A stretch of DNA of 64,000 nucleotides from an uncultured candidate division WWE3 bacterium (GTDB lineage: Bacteria; Patescibacteriota; WWE3; UBA101185; UBA10185): assembly GCA_963765125.1 (NCBI GenBank), contig CAVXUZ010000004.1, positions 792 to 64,791 of the forward strand, in the 5' to 3' direction. The notes under the pieces are model-generated. The model saw only the letters and a list, made by a program, of their open reading frames with translations, searched no databases and had not been told where the DNA came from. This document shows positions 9,073-18,408 of this stretch, one piece after another. The position numbers and the translations under genes are program-made. How positions within the stretch are numbered: position 1 is the stretch's first letter; every line of letters starts with the position of its first letter.

Positions 9073-10962
9073 ATGAAAGTATTTGTCGGAGGTCACCTCA
9101 TCAATATGAGTAGCTTAGACGTAATAGGTCCAGGCGGTGAGGGTCTTGTGGTCAAAGCCAAAATCAACGGAAATAAAACTGTTGCACTTAAGGTTTACCA
9201 TGAGAAGTTGCAAACAATAGCACGCGCAAGAAAACTTAAAGCCTTCTTTGCGCAAAAATGGACTTTACCGACAAACAGGATTGCGGTACCAATCGAACCG
9301 GCTTACAACGAAGATAAATCATTAATCATAGGTTTGATAATGCCCTATCTCGGAACCGGCTTCGACGACATTGCACAACTTTCCAATAAAAATATACGAC
9401 TAAGTTATGGCATAAATACCAAAAACGTAGCTCAAATATTTTTAGATGGCCTCGGAACTCTTGAGCAGATCCATTCTAATGGACTAGTGGTTGGTGATCT
9501 TAGCGATCGCAACGTCCTATTCCGAGGAACGGAGATGCTATGGATCGATGTTGACTCCTGGCAGTTTGGTAATTTTCCATGTCCCGTAGCTACAGAGGAA
9601 TACGTTGACCCCAATCTTTACGGGGTTGATCTTCCAAATGCTCCGGCGTTTAAACCTGAAAATGACTGGTATTCCTTCGCTGTCTTATTTTTCAGAAGCC
9701 TCTTAATGGTTCATCCATACGGAGGCGTCCATAAAACAGTAAAAGAATTAAAACGAAGAGCGAAGAGTAGAATCACGGTTTTTGACAAAGACGTGAAATA
9801 CCCAAAGATCGCTTTTTCACCAGACATTTTATCAGACGATTTGGCTCAGGAATTCGACAAGATATTCAGAACTGGCGTAAGGGAAACTTTCCCAAAAAGC
9901 CTAGTCCAAAATTATCTTAATGACCTGACTGAATGTTCAAACTGTCATTCGTGGTACCCACGAAATAGAAAAGGTTGTCCTGTTTGTAACAAACGCACTG
10001 TAGTGATTATCGCAAGAAAAGTTATTGCTAATAAGGGTGTTAGGTCTTTCGAGTTTTTTAAAACCTCAGGCGACATCGTTTACACAAAAGTTAGTAATAA
10101 CAAAATCTTTGTGGTAACTCATGAAAATGGAAAAGCTAAGTTACATACAATCGACCAAAACGGTAACGTTTCAGAAAAACATCTTTCAGATACTTCCGAA
10201 GGTGCCCGTTACACTATGACCGAAGAAATTCTGTCTGTAAATTACGGACACTCACAAGAAATTATCCTGCACGATGTTACATCAAAAAGCGTGAGGCAAA
10301 TAAAGCAAACCGTTACGGAACTTTATGAACCAAACCGTAGGGCAGTCTTTCAAGCAACACAAAATAAAGTCCTTCGCATGATCGGAGGAAATATTCTATC
10401 TATAGAGAAAGGAGGAATGGGAATAATTGAACGATCAATCAGAACTGGTGTTCCTAACCAAACATGGTTTTCCGCAAACGACAGTTACAACGGAATGCAG
10501 CTTTTTGGCTTAATCCAAATACTGCACGAAAAAAGATTCTGGTACCACCTAGATGGGCAGAACTTTGAACCCAGTATTCCAAACTTAGAAATAGACGAGG
10601 TTCTGCTAGACATTTCTGTAAAGTTCTCACATGGAGAAGTATTACTAAGAAGGAAGTCACAGCAAAACGGAGTCGACTTTTTAAGACAAGAAATTGTGAA
10701 CGACAACGGTGAGGTAACTTACTCATCAAGAATTAGGTATGGTGATTATCCGGTACAAGGTATGCACGGGCAGATTTACTCAAACGGTATACTGCTTCAT
10801 GCTACAGACGACGGGATAGTTCAAGAAAAAGTTACTAGCCAAGAGTTCAAGACCTTCAAGCAAACTATGCCTTTTGTTGGAGAAGGAGACATCCTTCACA
10901 AATTTAACAAGGGCATCGTCGTAGTAGATTCAAACTCAATAACATATCTTGAATTAAGATAA
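9073..10962 (+). CDS. YegI-like Ser/Thr protein kinase with zinc ribbon and beta-rich C-terminal region
   Basis: IGPGGEGLV, VALKVY, VVGDLSDRNVL, IDVDSWQ, NDWYSFAVL; CSNC...CPVC. Confidence 0.85.
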   Translation: MKVFVGGHLINMSSLDVIGPGGEGLVVKAKINGNKTVALKVYHEKLQTIARARKLKAFFAQKWTLPTNRIAVPIEPAYNEDKSLIIGLIMPYLGTGFDDIAQLSNKNIRLSYGINTKNVAQIFLDGLGTLEQIHSNGLVVGDLSDRNVLFRGTEMLWIDVDSWQFGNFPCPVATEEYVDPNLYGVDLPNAPAFKPENDWYSFAVLFFRSLLMVHPYGGVHKTVKELKRRAKSRITVFDKDVKYPKIAFSPDILSDDLAQEFDKIFRTGVRETFPKSLVQNYLNDLTECSNCHSWYPRNRKGCPVCNKRTVVIIARKVIANKGVRSFEFFKTSGDIVYTKVSNNKIFVVTHENGKAKLHTIDQNGNVSEKHLSDTSEGARYTMTEEILSVNYGHSQEIILHDVTSKSVRQIKQTVTELYEPNRRAVFQATQNKVLRMIGGNILSIEKGGMGIIERSIRTGVPNQTWFSANDSYNGMQLFGLIQILHEKRFWYHLDGQNFEPSIPNLEIDEVLLDISVKFSHGEVLLRRKSQQNGVDFLRQEIVNDNGEVTYSSRIRYGDYPVQGMHGQIYSNGILLHATDDGIVQEKVTSQEFKTFKQTMPFVGEGDILHKFNKGIVVVDSNSITYLELR

Positions 10963-10981
10963 CAAAAAAAGGAGAAATAAA

Positions 10982-11914
10982 ATGAACACAAAAAATAGTT
11001 TTCTATCGCTCTACAATCCTGACGACATCTACAAAGACTACACACCACGAATCCAGGAATTTATGGAACTGGGTGTTAAAGCCGGTTTGCAATCTTCTCA
11101 CAAAGACAAGGTTCGCGGTGCACTAGTCATCATCGACATGCAAAACGACTTTGTCAGACCCAACGGCGCTTTGGCTGTACCCAACGCAGAAGATGACGTG
11201 AAACGCCTGGTGGAATTTATTTACACCAACGCAGAATCAATCACTGCCATCTACTCAACGTTAGACTCTCACTACCCTATGCAGATCTTTTACAGCGAAT
11301 GGTGGGAAAATCCTGCAACAGGTGAACATCCTGCTAGCTTTACAGTCATCACAGCTACCGACATCAAAAACGGTACCTGGCGCGCCCGCATTGATCCCGT
11401 TTGGTCACACAAGTATGTGGCTGAACTAGGTAAAAAGGGAAAGAAAGCCTTGATGATCTGGCCAAAGCACACAATGGTAGGAACTTGGGGCCATGCGATC
11501 ATTCCGGCACTGGCAGAGGCAATTGCCTGGCACAGCGCAGCAAGAATGACACAACCCACTTTTCTGACCAAAGGTGACGTCCCACAGGTTGAGCGGTACG
11601 GAGCCTTCGCACCCGAAGTGGAATATCCCAATAACCCCCGTGGTGGAACGGATACTTTCATACTAGATGCAATTGGGCGCTACGACCGAACCTGGTGGGC
11701 AGGAGAAGCAGAAACACACTGTGTAATTGAAAGCCAAATTCAGGCTGTCGATTACTTTAAAAATCAGCCAGACGTGCTAAAAAGCATGTTCTTTCTGATG
11801 GATTGCACCAGCCCCATCCTTCATCCAGCGATAGACTTTGTCGCAATTGCTCGAGCTGAGCAAAAGCGTATGGAGTCACTCGGGGTGCAGCTGGTAAAAA
11901 GCACAGAAATATAG
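10982..11914 (+). CDS. pncA: nicotinamidase (isochorismatase family)
   Basis: IIDMQNDFV..GALAV, TLDSH, IWPKH..VGTWG, TKG, AGEAETHCV; NrtR/pncB context. Confidence 0.8.
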   Translation: MNTKNSFLSLYNPDDIYKDYTPRIQEFMELGVKAGLQSSHKDKVRGALVIIDMQNDFVRPNGALAVPNAEDDVKRLVEFIYTNAESITAIYSTLDSHYPMQIFYSEWWENPATGEHPASFTVITATDIKNGTWRARIDPVWSHKYVAELGKKGKKALMIWPKHTMVGTWGHAIIPALAEAIAWHSAARMTQPTFLTKGDVPQVERYGAFAPEVEYPNNPRGGTDTFILDAIGRYDRTWWAGEAETHCVIESQIQAVDYFKNQPDVLKSMFFLMDCTSPILHPAIDFVAIARAEQKRMESLGVQLVKSTEI

Positions 11915-11925
11915 AGGAGATTAAC

Positions 11926-12720
11926 ATGAACACAAAAAAATCTTCAACCCAAGTTACTGTCAATCCGCAGGCTTCGTTCAATTCGGCTCTTGCCGATGGG
12001 AGCATTAGCAGAGTATCGCATGAAATTCTGGTAGAAAACCTCAATACGCTAACCACGTTGGGTGCGCAGGGTGTTTCTCCAGATGATTTAGCCGAAGATC
12101 GTGTAACGATTTTTGTGCCAGTCCTGGATGCATCTGGCTCCCGCTTCAACGAAAGTGATTTAATGCGCTCCGAATACAACAAAATGTTGGACGCTCTAAA
12201 ACTGAGCAAGGCAAGCCACACAATCCTGGTGTCTTCCTGGATGTTCAACACATCGACTGCATTACTTCATGGTTTTGTGTCACTCGATGACGCAGAACGT
12301 TTGGATGTAAATAATTACAACCCAGACGGTGGAACAGCAATGTTTGACGCGATGCTAAATGCCCTGACGAGCACCACAGCATACGCAAAATCACTTCTTG
12401 ACCAAGGTTACCGAGTGAAAGTCGTAATCGTTCTGATAACAGACGGTGAAGATAACTCAAGCGACCCTTCAACCTTGGGCAATGTTAAGAAAGTGATTGC
12501 AGATCTTCTGACTCAGGAAATCTATGTATTTTCCATGATCGCTTTTGGCACCGGGTACGCTCAATCAGCGGCCAGGAACATGGGTATTCCTGATCTAAAT
12601 GTTATCGAATTCGGCGGAACCGACAGGGATATCCGTAACGCTTTTAGTTTAGTGAGCAGCTCAGTGATTCGCCAAAGTCAAACACAAATCGGCGGTTCAT
12701 CAAGCTTCTTCGCACCGTAA
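11926..12720 (+). CDS. vWA domain protein (TerY-like)
   Basis: MIDAS motifs LDASGS, GGTAMFDA, LITDGEDNSS. Confidence 0.85.
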   Translation: MNTKKSSTQVTVNPQASFNSALADGSISRVSHEILVENLNTLTTLGAQGVSPDDLAEDRVTIFVPVLDASGSRFNESDLMRSEYNKMLDALKLSKASHTILVSSWMFNTSTALLHGFVSLDDAERLDVNNYNPDGGTAMFDAMLNALTSTTAYAKSLLDQGYRVKVVIVLITDGEDNSSDPSTLGNVKKVIADLLTQEIYVFSMIAFGTGYAQSAARNMGIPDLNVIEFGGTDRDIRNAFSLVSSSVIRQSQTQIGGSSSFFAP

Positions 12721-12738
12721 ACTTGAAAGCGTAATTAT

Positions 12739-12772
12739 AGGGCAGCATACAAAAACAAATGTCTGCTGCCCT
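12739..12772 (+). terminator. intra-operon hairpin (weak terminator or stabiliser)
   Basis: AGGGCAGCA/TGCTGCCCT stem followed by TCCTTATTT. Confidence 0.55.
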
Positions 12773-12799
12773 TCCTTATTTAAAGAAAAGGAGGTTTAA

Positions 12800-13981
12800 A
12801 TGCAACCCATTATTACGTCTCTGTTAACAAACGACTTCTATAAATTCACCATGCAACAATTGATTCTCAGAAATTTTTCTGATGTAAACGTAAAATACAA
12901 ATTTTACAACAGGGGCAACACAGAATTTCCAGAAGGGTTTGCAAATAAACTTCAGAAACATGTGAATGCTCTTGAAAAACTTAAATTTCATCCTGCAGAG
13001 GTAAACTTTTTAAGAATGAAAGCACCATTTCTCAAAGAAAGTTATTTGAAATGGTTAGAAATTTTTCAACCAAATGCAAGCCAAGTTTTCATAAAGCAAA
13101 GTGGAGGTAGTTTAGACATAGAGGTAGAAGGCCCATGGTGTCAATCAATCTATTGGGAAATCCCTCTCTTGTCGATTATTTCAGAACTATACTTTTTGGA
13201 AACTAATCAACACGCGGATGACAATTATGTTGAACGGGCATCGCAAAAATTTGCACTTCTTAAAGCAAACGGTGTTTCGTTTGCTGACTTTGGTCTCAGA
13301 AGACGCTTCTCTGCAACCGTACATGAAGCAGTTTTACTCGAGATGATCAAACATACAAGAGGTGAAAATGACTTAGGAGGATTTGTAGGAACAAGTAACG
13401 TAAATCTTGCTTACAAACATAACACAAGACCAATCGGAACTATGGCGCACGAACTTCCTATGGTCATCGCAGGGCTTTACGGCTTTAGGTCAGCTAATGA
13501 AATCTTGCTTAAATCCTGGCAAGATGAGTTCAACGGTGACCTCGGAATCGCTCTTACGGATACCTTTACAACAAAGGTATTTCTACAAAGCTTTAATAGA
13601 GAGCACGCAAACACTTTCGACGGTGTGCGCCAAGATTCAGGTTCACCAGAAGAATTTTCTGGTTTGATAATAGAACACTACAAAAGTTTAGGTATTGACC
13701 CGATGACCAAAACAATAATCTTTAGTGACAACCTAAACGCCAGCAGGGCCATTGAAATCGCAAAGTACTGTGAGGGTAAAATAAAATGCTCATTTGGCAT
13801 TGGAACTAACTTCACAAACGATGTAGGAGTCAAACCTCTAAATATCGTAATTAAAGCTGACTGCGCAGGAAGAAAAGGGCAACCGATGCTTCCCACAGTT
13901 AAGCTATCAGACTCAATAGGAAAAATAACGGGAGATACTGCAACAGCTAATAAGGCCAAGTATCTTCTGGGAATCTCCTAA
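12800..13981 (+). CDS. pncB: nicotinate phosphoribosyltransferase
   Basis: SLLTNDFYKFTM, DFGLRRRFS, GTSNV, GTMAHE, ALTDT, GVRQDSG, IFSD, FGIGT, KLSD. Confidence 0.95.
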   Translation: MQPIITSLLTNDFYKFTMQQLILRNFSDVNVKYKFYNRGNTEFPEGFANKLQKHVNALEKLKFHPAEVNFLRMKAPFLKESYLKWLEIFQPNASQVFIKQSGGSLDIEVEGPWCQSIYWEIPLLSIISELYFLETNQHADDNYVERASQKFALLKANGVSFADFGLRRRFSATVHEAVLLEMIKHTRGENDLGGFVGTSNVNLAYKHNTRPIGTMAHELPMVIAGLYGFRSANEILLKSWQDEFNGDLGIALTDTFTTKVFLQSFNREHANTFDGVRQDSGSPEEFSGLIIEHYKSLGIDPMTKTIIFSDNLNASRAIEIAKYCEGKIKCSFGIGTNFTNDVGVKPLNIVIKADCAGRKGQPMLPTVKLSDSIGKITGDTATANKAKYLLGIS

Positions 13982-13989
13982 AACAATTT

Positions 13990-14029
13990 AAAGGCAGAAT
14001 AAATCTAAATGATTGTTCTGCCTTTTTTT
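13990..14029 (+). terminator. intrinsic terminator of the NAD/kinase operon
   Basis: AAAGGCAGAA/TTCTGCCTTT stem plus T run. Confidence 0.8.
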
Positions 14030-14063
14030 AACATGGACGTTTTGTAAAAGCTTGTGATAAAAA

Positions 14064-14078
14064 ATCACCAAACCAAAA
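14064..14078 (+). repeat. dispersed 15-mer ATCACCAAACCAAAA, copy 4
   Basis: exact match 35 bp after the terminator. Confidence 0.85.
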
Positions 14079-14188
14079 ATACCTACACTCTGTAAAAACA
14101 AACCTCAATCCATAAAAGCTTCTACTTAAAAGCAAAAATTCCCTAATTTTCATTTACAAACAAAATCCTATAGTATATAATCTTTTTT

Positions 14189-14311
14189 ATGCATGAACGA
14201 GATAACAACTATCTTAATAAATTATCTAATTACCCAGTTACTAGGGCAGATTTTGTTGCCAAAAATTGGGACTTGATGGTTGTTGCTTATTCACCTGTAA
14301 AAACTTTTTAA
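14189..14311 (+). CDS. possible 40-aa leaderless ORF or gene remnant
   Basis: TATAAT 7 nt before ATG; MHERDNNYLNKLSNYPVTRADFVAKNWDLMVVAYSPVKTF. Confidence 0.3.
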   Translation: MHERDNNYLNKLSNYPVTRADFVAKNWDLMVVAYSPVKTF

Positions 14312-14387
14312 CTTTAAACAGCAATCACCAACTCCCAAGGTTGGTAGGTTGCACATTCAAAACATAATTAAATAAGGAGTTTATAAA

Positions 14388-15194
14388 ATGAACGCTAGTA
14401 ATGTAGTACAAACGTTTTATCGTCGTGCTCGGCAATATGATTTTGATTATGCCGATTATGGAGTGGACATTCCTTTTAATGTTCAACTCGCTCAAGAGCT
14501 TGCTAAAAACGGTAAGGTACTCGAGTTTGCGTGCGGAACAGGCAGAATAACTTTTGCCATCGCAAAAATGGGTGTAAATATTACCGGTGTTGATATTTCT
14601 CCGGCGATGCTCGACGTAGCTCGTGAAAAGTTGGTCTCGTTGAAAGCAGGCGGTGAAATTACACACGATGTTCTTTTGTTTGAAGGTGATATGCGAAACT
14701 TTGATGCGGGAAAAGGACTTTACGATTATGTCTTTATTCCTTTCACTAGTTTTTTGCATCTCACTGATCGACAGTCTCAGCAAGATGCGTTAACCAATGC
14801 CTACGAACATTTAGTTCCTGGTGGTTACTTTTTGGCAGATATCTTTATGCCGGATGTAGTACACCTCGCGCGAGATCTCGGACCCAATTGGTTGACTCAA
14901 GAAAAGACAGTCGAACGTGACGGCAGAATGCTAGTGCGTTTGTCAGCTGTGCGATACAACCAAGCATCACAGATTATTTTTGGCAAATGGTATTACCAGC
15001 TCTACGAAACCACTGGCGACGGTCGACAGATAGACTCGTACTGTGTTCCTATGGAACTTCGTGTGATTTTTCCTGCTGAATGGGAACTGTTGTTAGAACG
15101 AGCAGGCTTTAAAATTGAGCAAAAGTGGGGTGGGTTTAATCGTGAACCTTACGATGCCTCATCCAAACGTATGCTCTTTCTGTGTAAGAAATAG
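14388..15194 (+). CDS. class I SAM-dependent methyltransferase
   Basis: VLEFACGTGR, GVDISPAML, GDMR, HLVPGG; SD TAAGGAG. Confidence 0.9.
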   Translation: MNASNVVQTFYRRARQYDFDYADYGVDIPFNVQLAQELAKNGKVLEFACGTGRITFAIAKMGVNITGVDISPAMLDVAREKLVSLKAGGEITHDVLLFEGDMRNFDAGKGLYDYVFIPFTSFLHLTDRQSQQDALTNAYEHLVPGGYFLADIFMPDVVHLARDLGPNWLTQEKTVERDGRMLVRLSAVRYNQASQIIFGKWYYQLYETTGDGRQIDSYCVPMELRVIFPAEWELLLERAGFKIEQKWGGFNREPYDASSKRMLFLCKK

Positions 15195-15221
15195 TAAATT
15201 GATTTAAAACCTTGGGAGTTG

Positions 15222-15265
15222 AAACCCCGGCGGTGCTTTATGCATTTCCGGGGTTTTTCTTTTTT
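15222..15265 (+). terminator. intrinsic terminator
   Basis: AAACCCCGG/CCGGGGTTT stem plus T run. Confidence 0.8.
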
Positions 15266-15276
15266 GGTTTGGTGAT
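15262..15276 (-). repeat. dispersed 15-mer ATCACCAAACCAAAA, copy 5 (reverse)
   Basis: TTTTGGTTTGGTGAT merged with the terminator T run. Confidence 0.85.
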
Positions 15277-15324
15277 TTATTTGCTTTGATTATATTTTGG
15301 TAGACAATTAGCAACGAGAAATGG

Positions 15325-15786
15325 TTAAAGATTTAAAACAGCTTCTTTTCTATCTGATAATTTGAATCCAATCTTTTCATGAAACCTTATTGATTTTGGA
15401 TTGTCTACATTAATTAATCCTTTTATTTTTTTAATATTCATTCTTTTTGCTTTTTCAATTAAGCCTTCGTACAGTAATGGGCCAATACCTTTGTTTTGGT
15501 AATCTGGATTAATACAAATGTAACTAAGAAATAAAGTACCTTTGAACGGCAAGGTTTCATATGAAAAAATAAATCCCACAATTTTGTCGTCAATTTCTGC
15601 TACAAAACAAAAACCAGTGCTAACGTTAATACTAAACTCTGATTTTCTTGAAATTAAATGGGACTCTCTTTCGTCTTCGCTCATATTCTCAAAGTCTTCA
15701 TCTAGATATTGTTTCTGCGCTGATACATCAACGCTATATACAGCAGGGTAGTCTTCATTTGTCATTTCACGTATTTTTATATTCAT
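15325..15786 (-). CDS. GNAT family N-acetyltransferase
   Basis: FVAEIDDKIVGF, INPDYQNKGIG, NPKSIRFHEKIGF. Confidence 0.9.
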   Translation of the reverse strand: MNIKIREMTNEDYPAVYSVDVSAQKQYLDEDFENMSEDERESHLISRKSEFSINVSTGFCFVAEIDDKIVGFIFSYETLPFKGTLFLSYICINPDYQNKGIGPLLYEGLIEKAKRMNIKKIKGLINVDNPKSIRFHEKIGFKLSDRKEAVLNL

Positions 15787-15918
15787 ATTTTTAGTTTATC
15801 ATCTGTAGGTTATAGGATCGGTACTATTATTGTATATCTCAAACCCAAACATCGCCAAACAAAAAATGTTTATAAAATTCTGGTTTTAAGTTTTACTTCT
15901 AGGCTATACAATTTAACT

Positions 15919-16566
15919 ATGAAAATAATAGATACACTAAAAAAGCTAGGAATATTTAGATTTGGATCTGTTTCGGGGACCTACAAAAACGGGGCAGAAA
16001 GGCCAACTGAGTTTATGATGGACGGCGTAATGAACGCAAAAACTGATTTAATTGGAAAAGGCAAGTTTAAGAAAATGCTTAGAATCTTTTACTATTTGTT
16101 TGTAGGAATTATTATCATTTCTTTTTTACAAGGAATACTTTCTAAGCCATCTACAGATATGACTGCTGAAGAGGCACTTATTGCGAGTGGTGGTGAAGAA
16201 CCAACAGTTATAAATAAAGATTCAACTACATTGCTTTTAGAAGAAATCGCAAAAGTTGGAGGTGTGGATGAGTACTTAGTTGAAGAAGACAGCACTTTAT
16301 GGACTTCTAAAAATATTAATGTTCAAAGAACTAGTACTAAAAGTTTAGGTTCGGAAGATATTGATTTAGACAGCGTTAAAAGCTTTTTTGCAAAAGAAGG
16401 CTGGACAACAAATGTTATTGGTTTTAATTATGTTGAAAAAAATAATATGGGCGGTATAGGTTACATAGCTCCAATGGGCGAAGAATATAAATACAAAGCG
16501 GCGATGTGTATTATCCTCGAAAGTCAAAACAAGATTTCGTGTGGATGGGGCCCTGGCGCTAATTAA
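15919..16566 (+). CDS. hypothetical single-TM protein
   Basis: 215-aa ORF with one TM; TACAAT 6 nt before ATG. Confidence 0.65.
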   Translation: MKIIDTLKKLGIFRFGSVSGTYKNGAERPTEFMMDGVMNAKTDLIGKGKFKKMLRIFYYLFVGIIIISFLQGILSKPSTDMTAEEALIASGGEEPTVINKDSTTLLLEEIAKVGGVDEYLVEEDSTLWTSKNINVQRTSTKSLGSEDIDLDSVKSFFAKEGWTTNVIGFNYVEKNNMGGIGYIAPMGEEYKYKAAMCIILESQNKISCGWGPGAN

Positions 16567-16589
16567 ACGTAACATTGTTTTTACAAATA

Positions 16590-16623
16590 AAAAAACCTCG
16601 TGGTGTTATTTACGAGGTTTTTT
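16590..16623. terminator. bidirectional terminator
   Basis: AAAAAACCTCGT/ACGAGGTTTTTT between convergent genes. Confidence 0.8.
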
Positions 16624-16628
16624 GGTAG

Positions 16629-16967
16629 TTATCTTTTCCCTTTAATAATATCTAAGATTTTTTGAGCAAGTGAGGGGTGTAACCTGTTCATCAAGTCTTT
16701 GTGATCCTTTTTACAGTCGTGGATTACACTACTATGAGCAAGTACTCTAAAGCGGCACTTCCACATTGTACGCCAACGAGAGATTTTTAATATGCGCACC
16801 TCCCATCGTTTATTACCAAGCCGCTCTTCCATAAGAAGAAAGTCACCTTCTGAAATACACTTAGCTCCGTATTCGTCAAGCGCAAGAGCGTTAATGCCGT
16901 TGAACTGCTGGTATCTTCCCAGATACTTTCCATCCAGTGTATACAAATACCAATAGCCCTCTACCAT
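16629..16967 (-). CDS. small orphan-family protein A
   Basis: SD GAAAGGAG before ATG 16967; similar to the 17124 and 32877 ORFs. Confidence 0.7.
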   Translation of the reverse strand: MVEGYWYLYTLDGKYLGRYQQFNGINALALDEYGAKCISEGDFLLMEERLGNKRWEVRILKISRWRTMWKCRFRVLAHSSVIHDCKKDHKDLMNRLHPSLAQKILDIIKGKR

Positions 16968-17076
16968 CGCAATTTCTCCTTTCTCCACAGTTTTCTTTTT
17001 ATTGCGGTTAGTATACCACAATATATATTGGTGATTTTTAATTTTTATTGAAGCTCAAAAATATTAGATAAAAAAA

Positions 17077-17109
17077 GAGATAGTGTTTAATATTTAATAA
17101 CACTATCTC
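17077..17109 (-). terminator. intrinsic terminator
   Basis: GAGATAGTGTT/AACACTATCTC stem with an A run on the + strand. Confidence 0.75.
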
Positions 17110-17123
17110 AATTAGTTGGGTCG

Positions 17124-17393
17124 TCATCCAAACAAACCTTTTTTCTTTGGTTTTTCTGCGAGCTCAGAAATATCTTCGATTTTAAATATATTCAGTGACT
17201 CGCCGTTCAACCCAAGCACACGGACACGCAGCGCTTTGTTAGTATTTTGATTATACAAGAACACCTGCTCACCTGGGTCAAGGATATTACCCAAACTGCC
17301 GTCAATGAAAAGCAGGTTTACGTCTTTGTTTATCTGGCAATTACCAATGAATGTCTGGTCCAATCTGTGCAAAAGGCACGTTGTTTGAAACAT
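17124..17393 (-). CDS. small orphan-family protein B
   Basis: SD GAAAGGAG; gapless similarity to the 16629 ORF. Confidence 0.7.
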   Translation of the reverse strand: MFQTTCLLHRLDQTFIGNCQINKDVNLLFIDGSLGNILDPGEQVFLYNQNTNKALRVRVLGLNGESLNIFKIEDISELAEKPKKKGLFG

Positions 17394-17499
17394 CTTAATC
17401 TCCTTTCTAATGTGGTTACAGTGATTATAACAAATTAAGTAAGTATTAACGGTGATTCTTTTAGCGCGGGCTTGCTTAAGACAATGTTAGAATATACGT

Positions 17500-18345
17500 A
17501 TGAACTTAAACGAATCCAGCTCGACAGAAAATACTGAAAATCATTATAATGAGACCGTACCACAACGTGCTTTAGAGATGGAAAAGATTGAAAAAGTGTT
17601 AGACGCTGGCAAAAGTGTTTTACTCTCAGGTGAAGACGGAAGTGGAAAAACCACGTTATTATCAGCACTCACTACAAAACTAAAAAACGAAGGTACTCAA
17701 ATTGAGTTTATTAATCATTTAGATTATCGAAGTCCTCAAGAACTTGGACGTAAACTTGAAACATTTTTAGAACCGGCAGTCAGGTCGAATGCGAAACCTA
17801 ACGAACTACCTATTTTACTGATCGACAGCATAGATTACGCGTGGGAGAAAACTGACGATGAAAGATCAAATCTTAGGCTAAGACTTGCGTCTGTCATCAA
17901 TTCAGAAAAGTTTAGATGCGTGATGACAATGCACTCCGAAGAACCAAAAGGTAAAAACGTTGATTACATTCTTAAAAAACAATTTCTACCTCAAATATCT
18001 GGTGATGGTATTGAAAAAATAGAATTGGCACCCTACTACACCCAAGAATCTGCAGAGGATTTTCTCAAAGCTAAAGGTTTACCAGAAAAAATGATAAATG
18101 ACCTAACCAAAGAAAACACCATCGGAAGGTCTCATGTACATCTTACAAATTATATTTTTACTGAAGAAAATGCGGGTTTGCTGGACTTGCTAAAAAATTA
18201 CGCAAACACATACGAGGCTGCTGTTTTAGAAAACGATACGACAAAAGCAGAATTTATTAATCAAAGATACGAGAAAAATATGAAAGAACTTTTGAAAATC
18301 GTTTACTTGAAAAAAGCTGAGAGCGACGAGAATTTTACTCATTAA
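17500..18345 (+). CDS. P-loop ATPase (AAA-like)
   Basis: Walker A GEDGSGKTT, Walker B ILLIDSID. Confidence 0.75.
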   Translation: MNLNESSSTENTENHYNETVPQRALEMEKIEKVLDAGKSVLLSGEDGSGKTTLLSALTTKLKNEGTQIEFINHLDYRSPQELGRKLETFLEPAVRSNAKPNELPILLIDSIDYAWEKTDDERSNLRLRLASVINSEKFRCVMTMHSEEPKGKNVDYILKKQFLPQISGDGIEKIELAPYYTQESAEDFLKAKGLPEKMINDLTKENTIGRSHVHLTNYIFTEENAGLLDLLKNYANTYEAAVLENDTTKAEFINQRYEKNMKELLKIVYLKKAESDENFTH

Positions 18346-18408
18346 TTATTTTTAATCAAAATCACCAATGTCCGCACTATGTTAATATGACCCTGTAAAT
18401 AATAATTT

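Noticed and set aside
14061-15279. MITE or non-autonomous transposon bounded by inverted AAATCACCAAACCAAAAA
   Set aside because: No target-site duplication, and the motif occurs unpaired elsewhere, including inside genes; kept only as the dispersed-motif finding.
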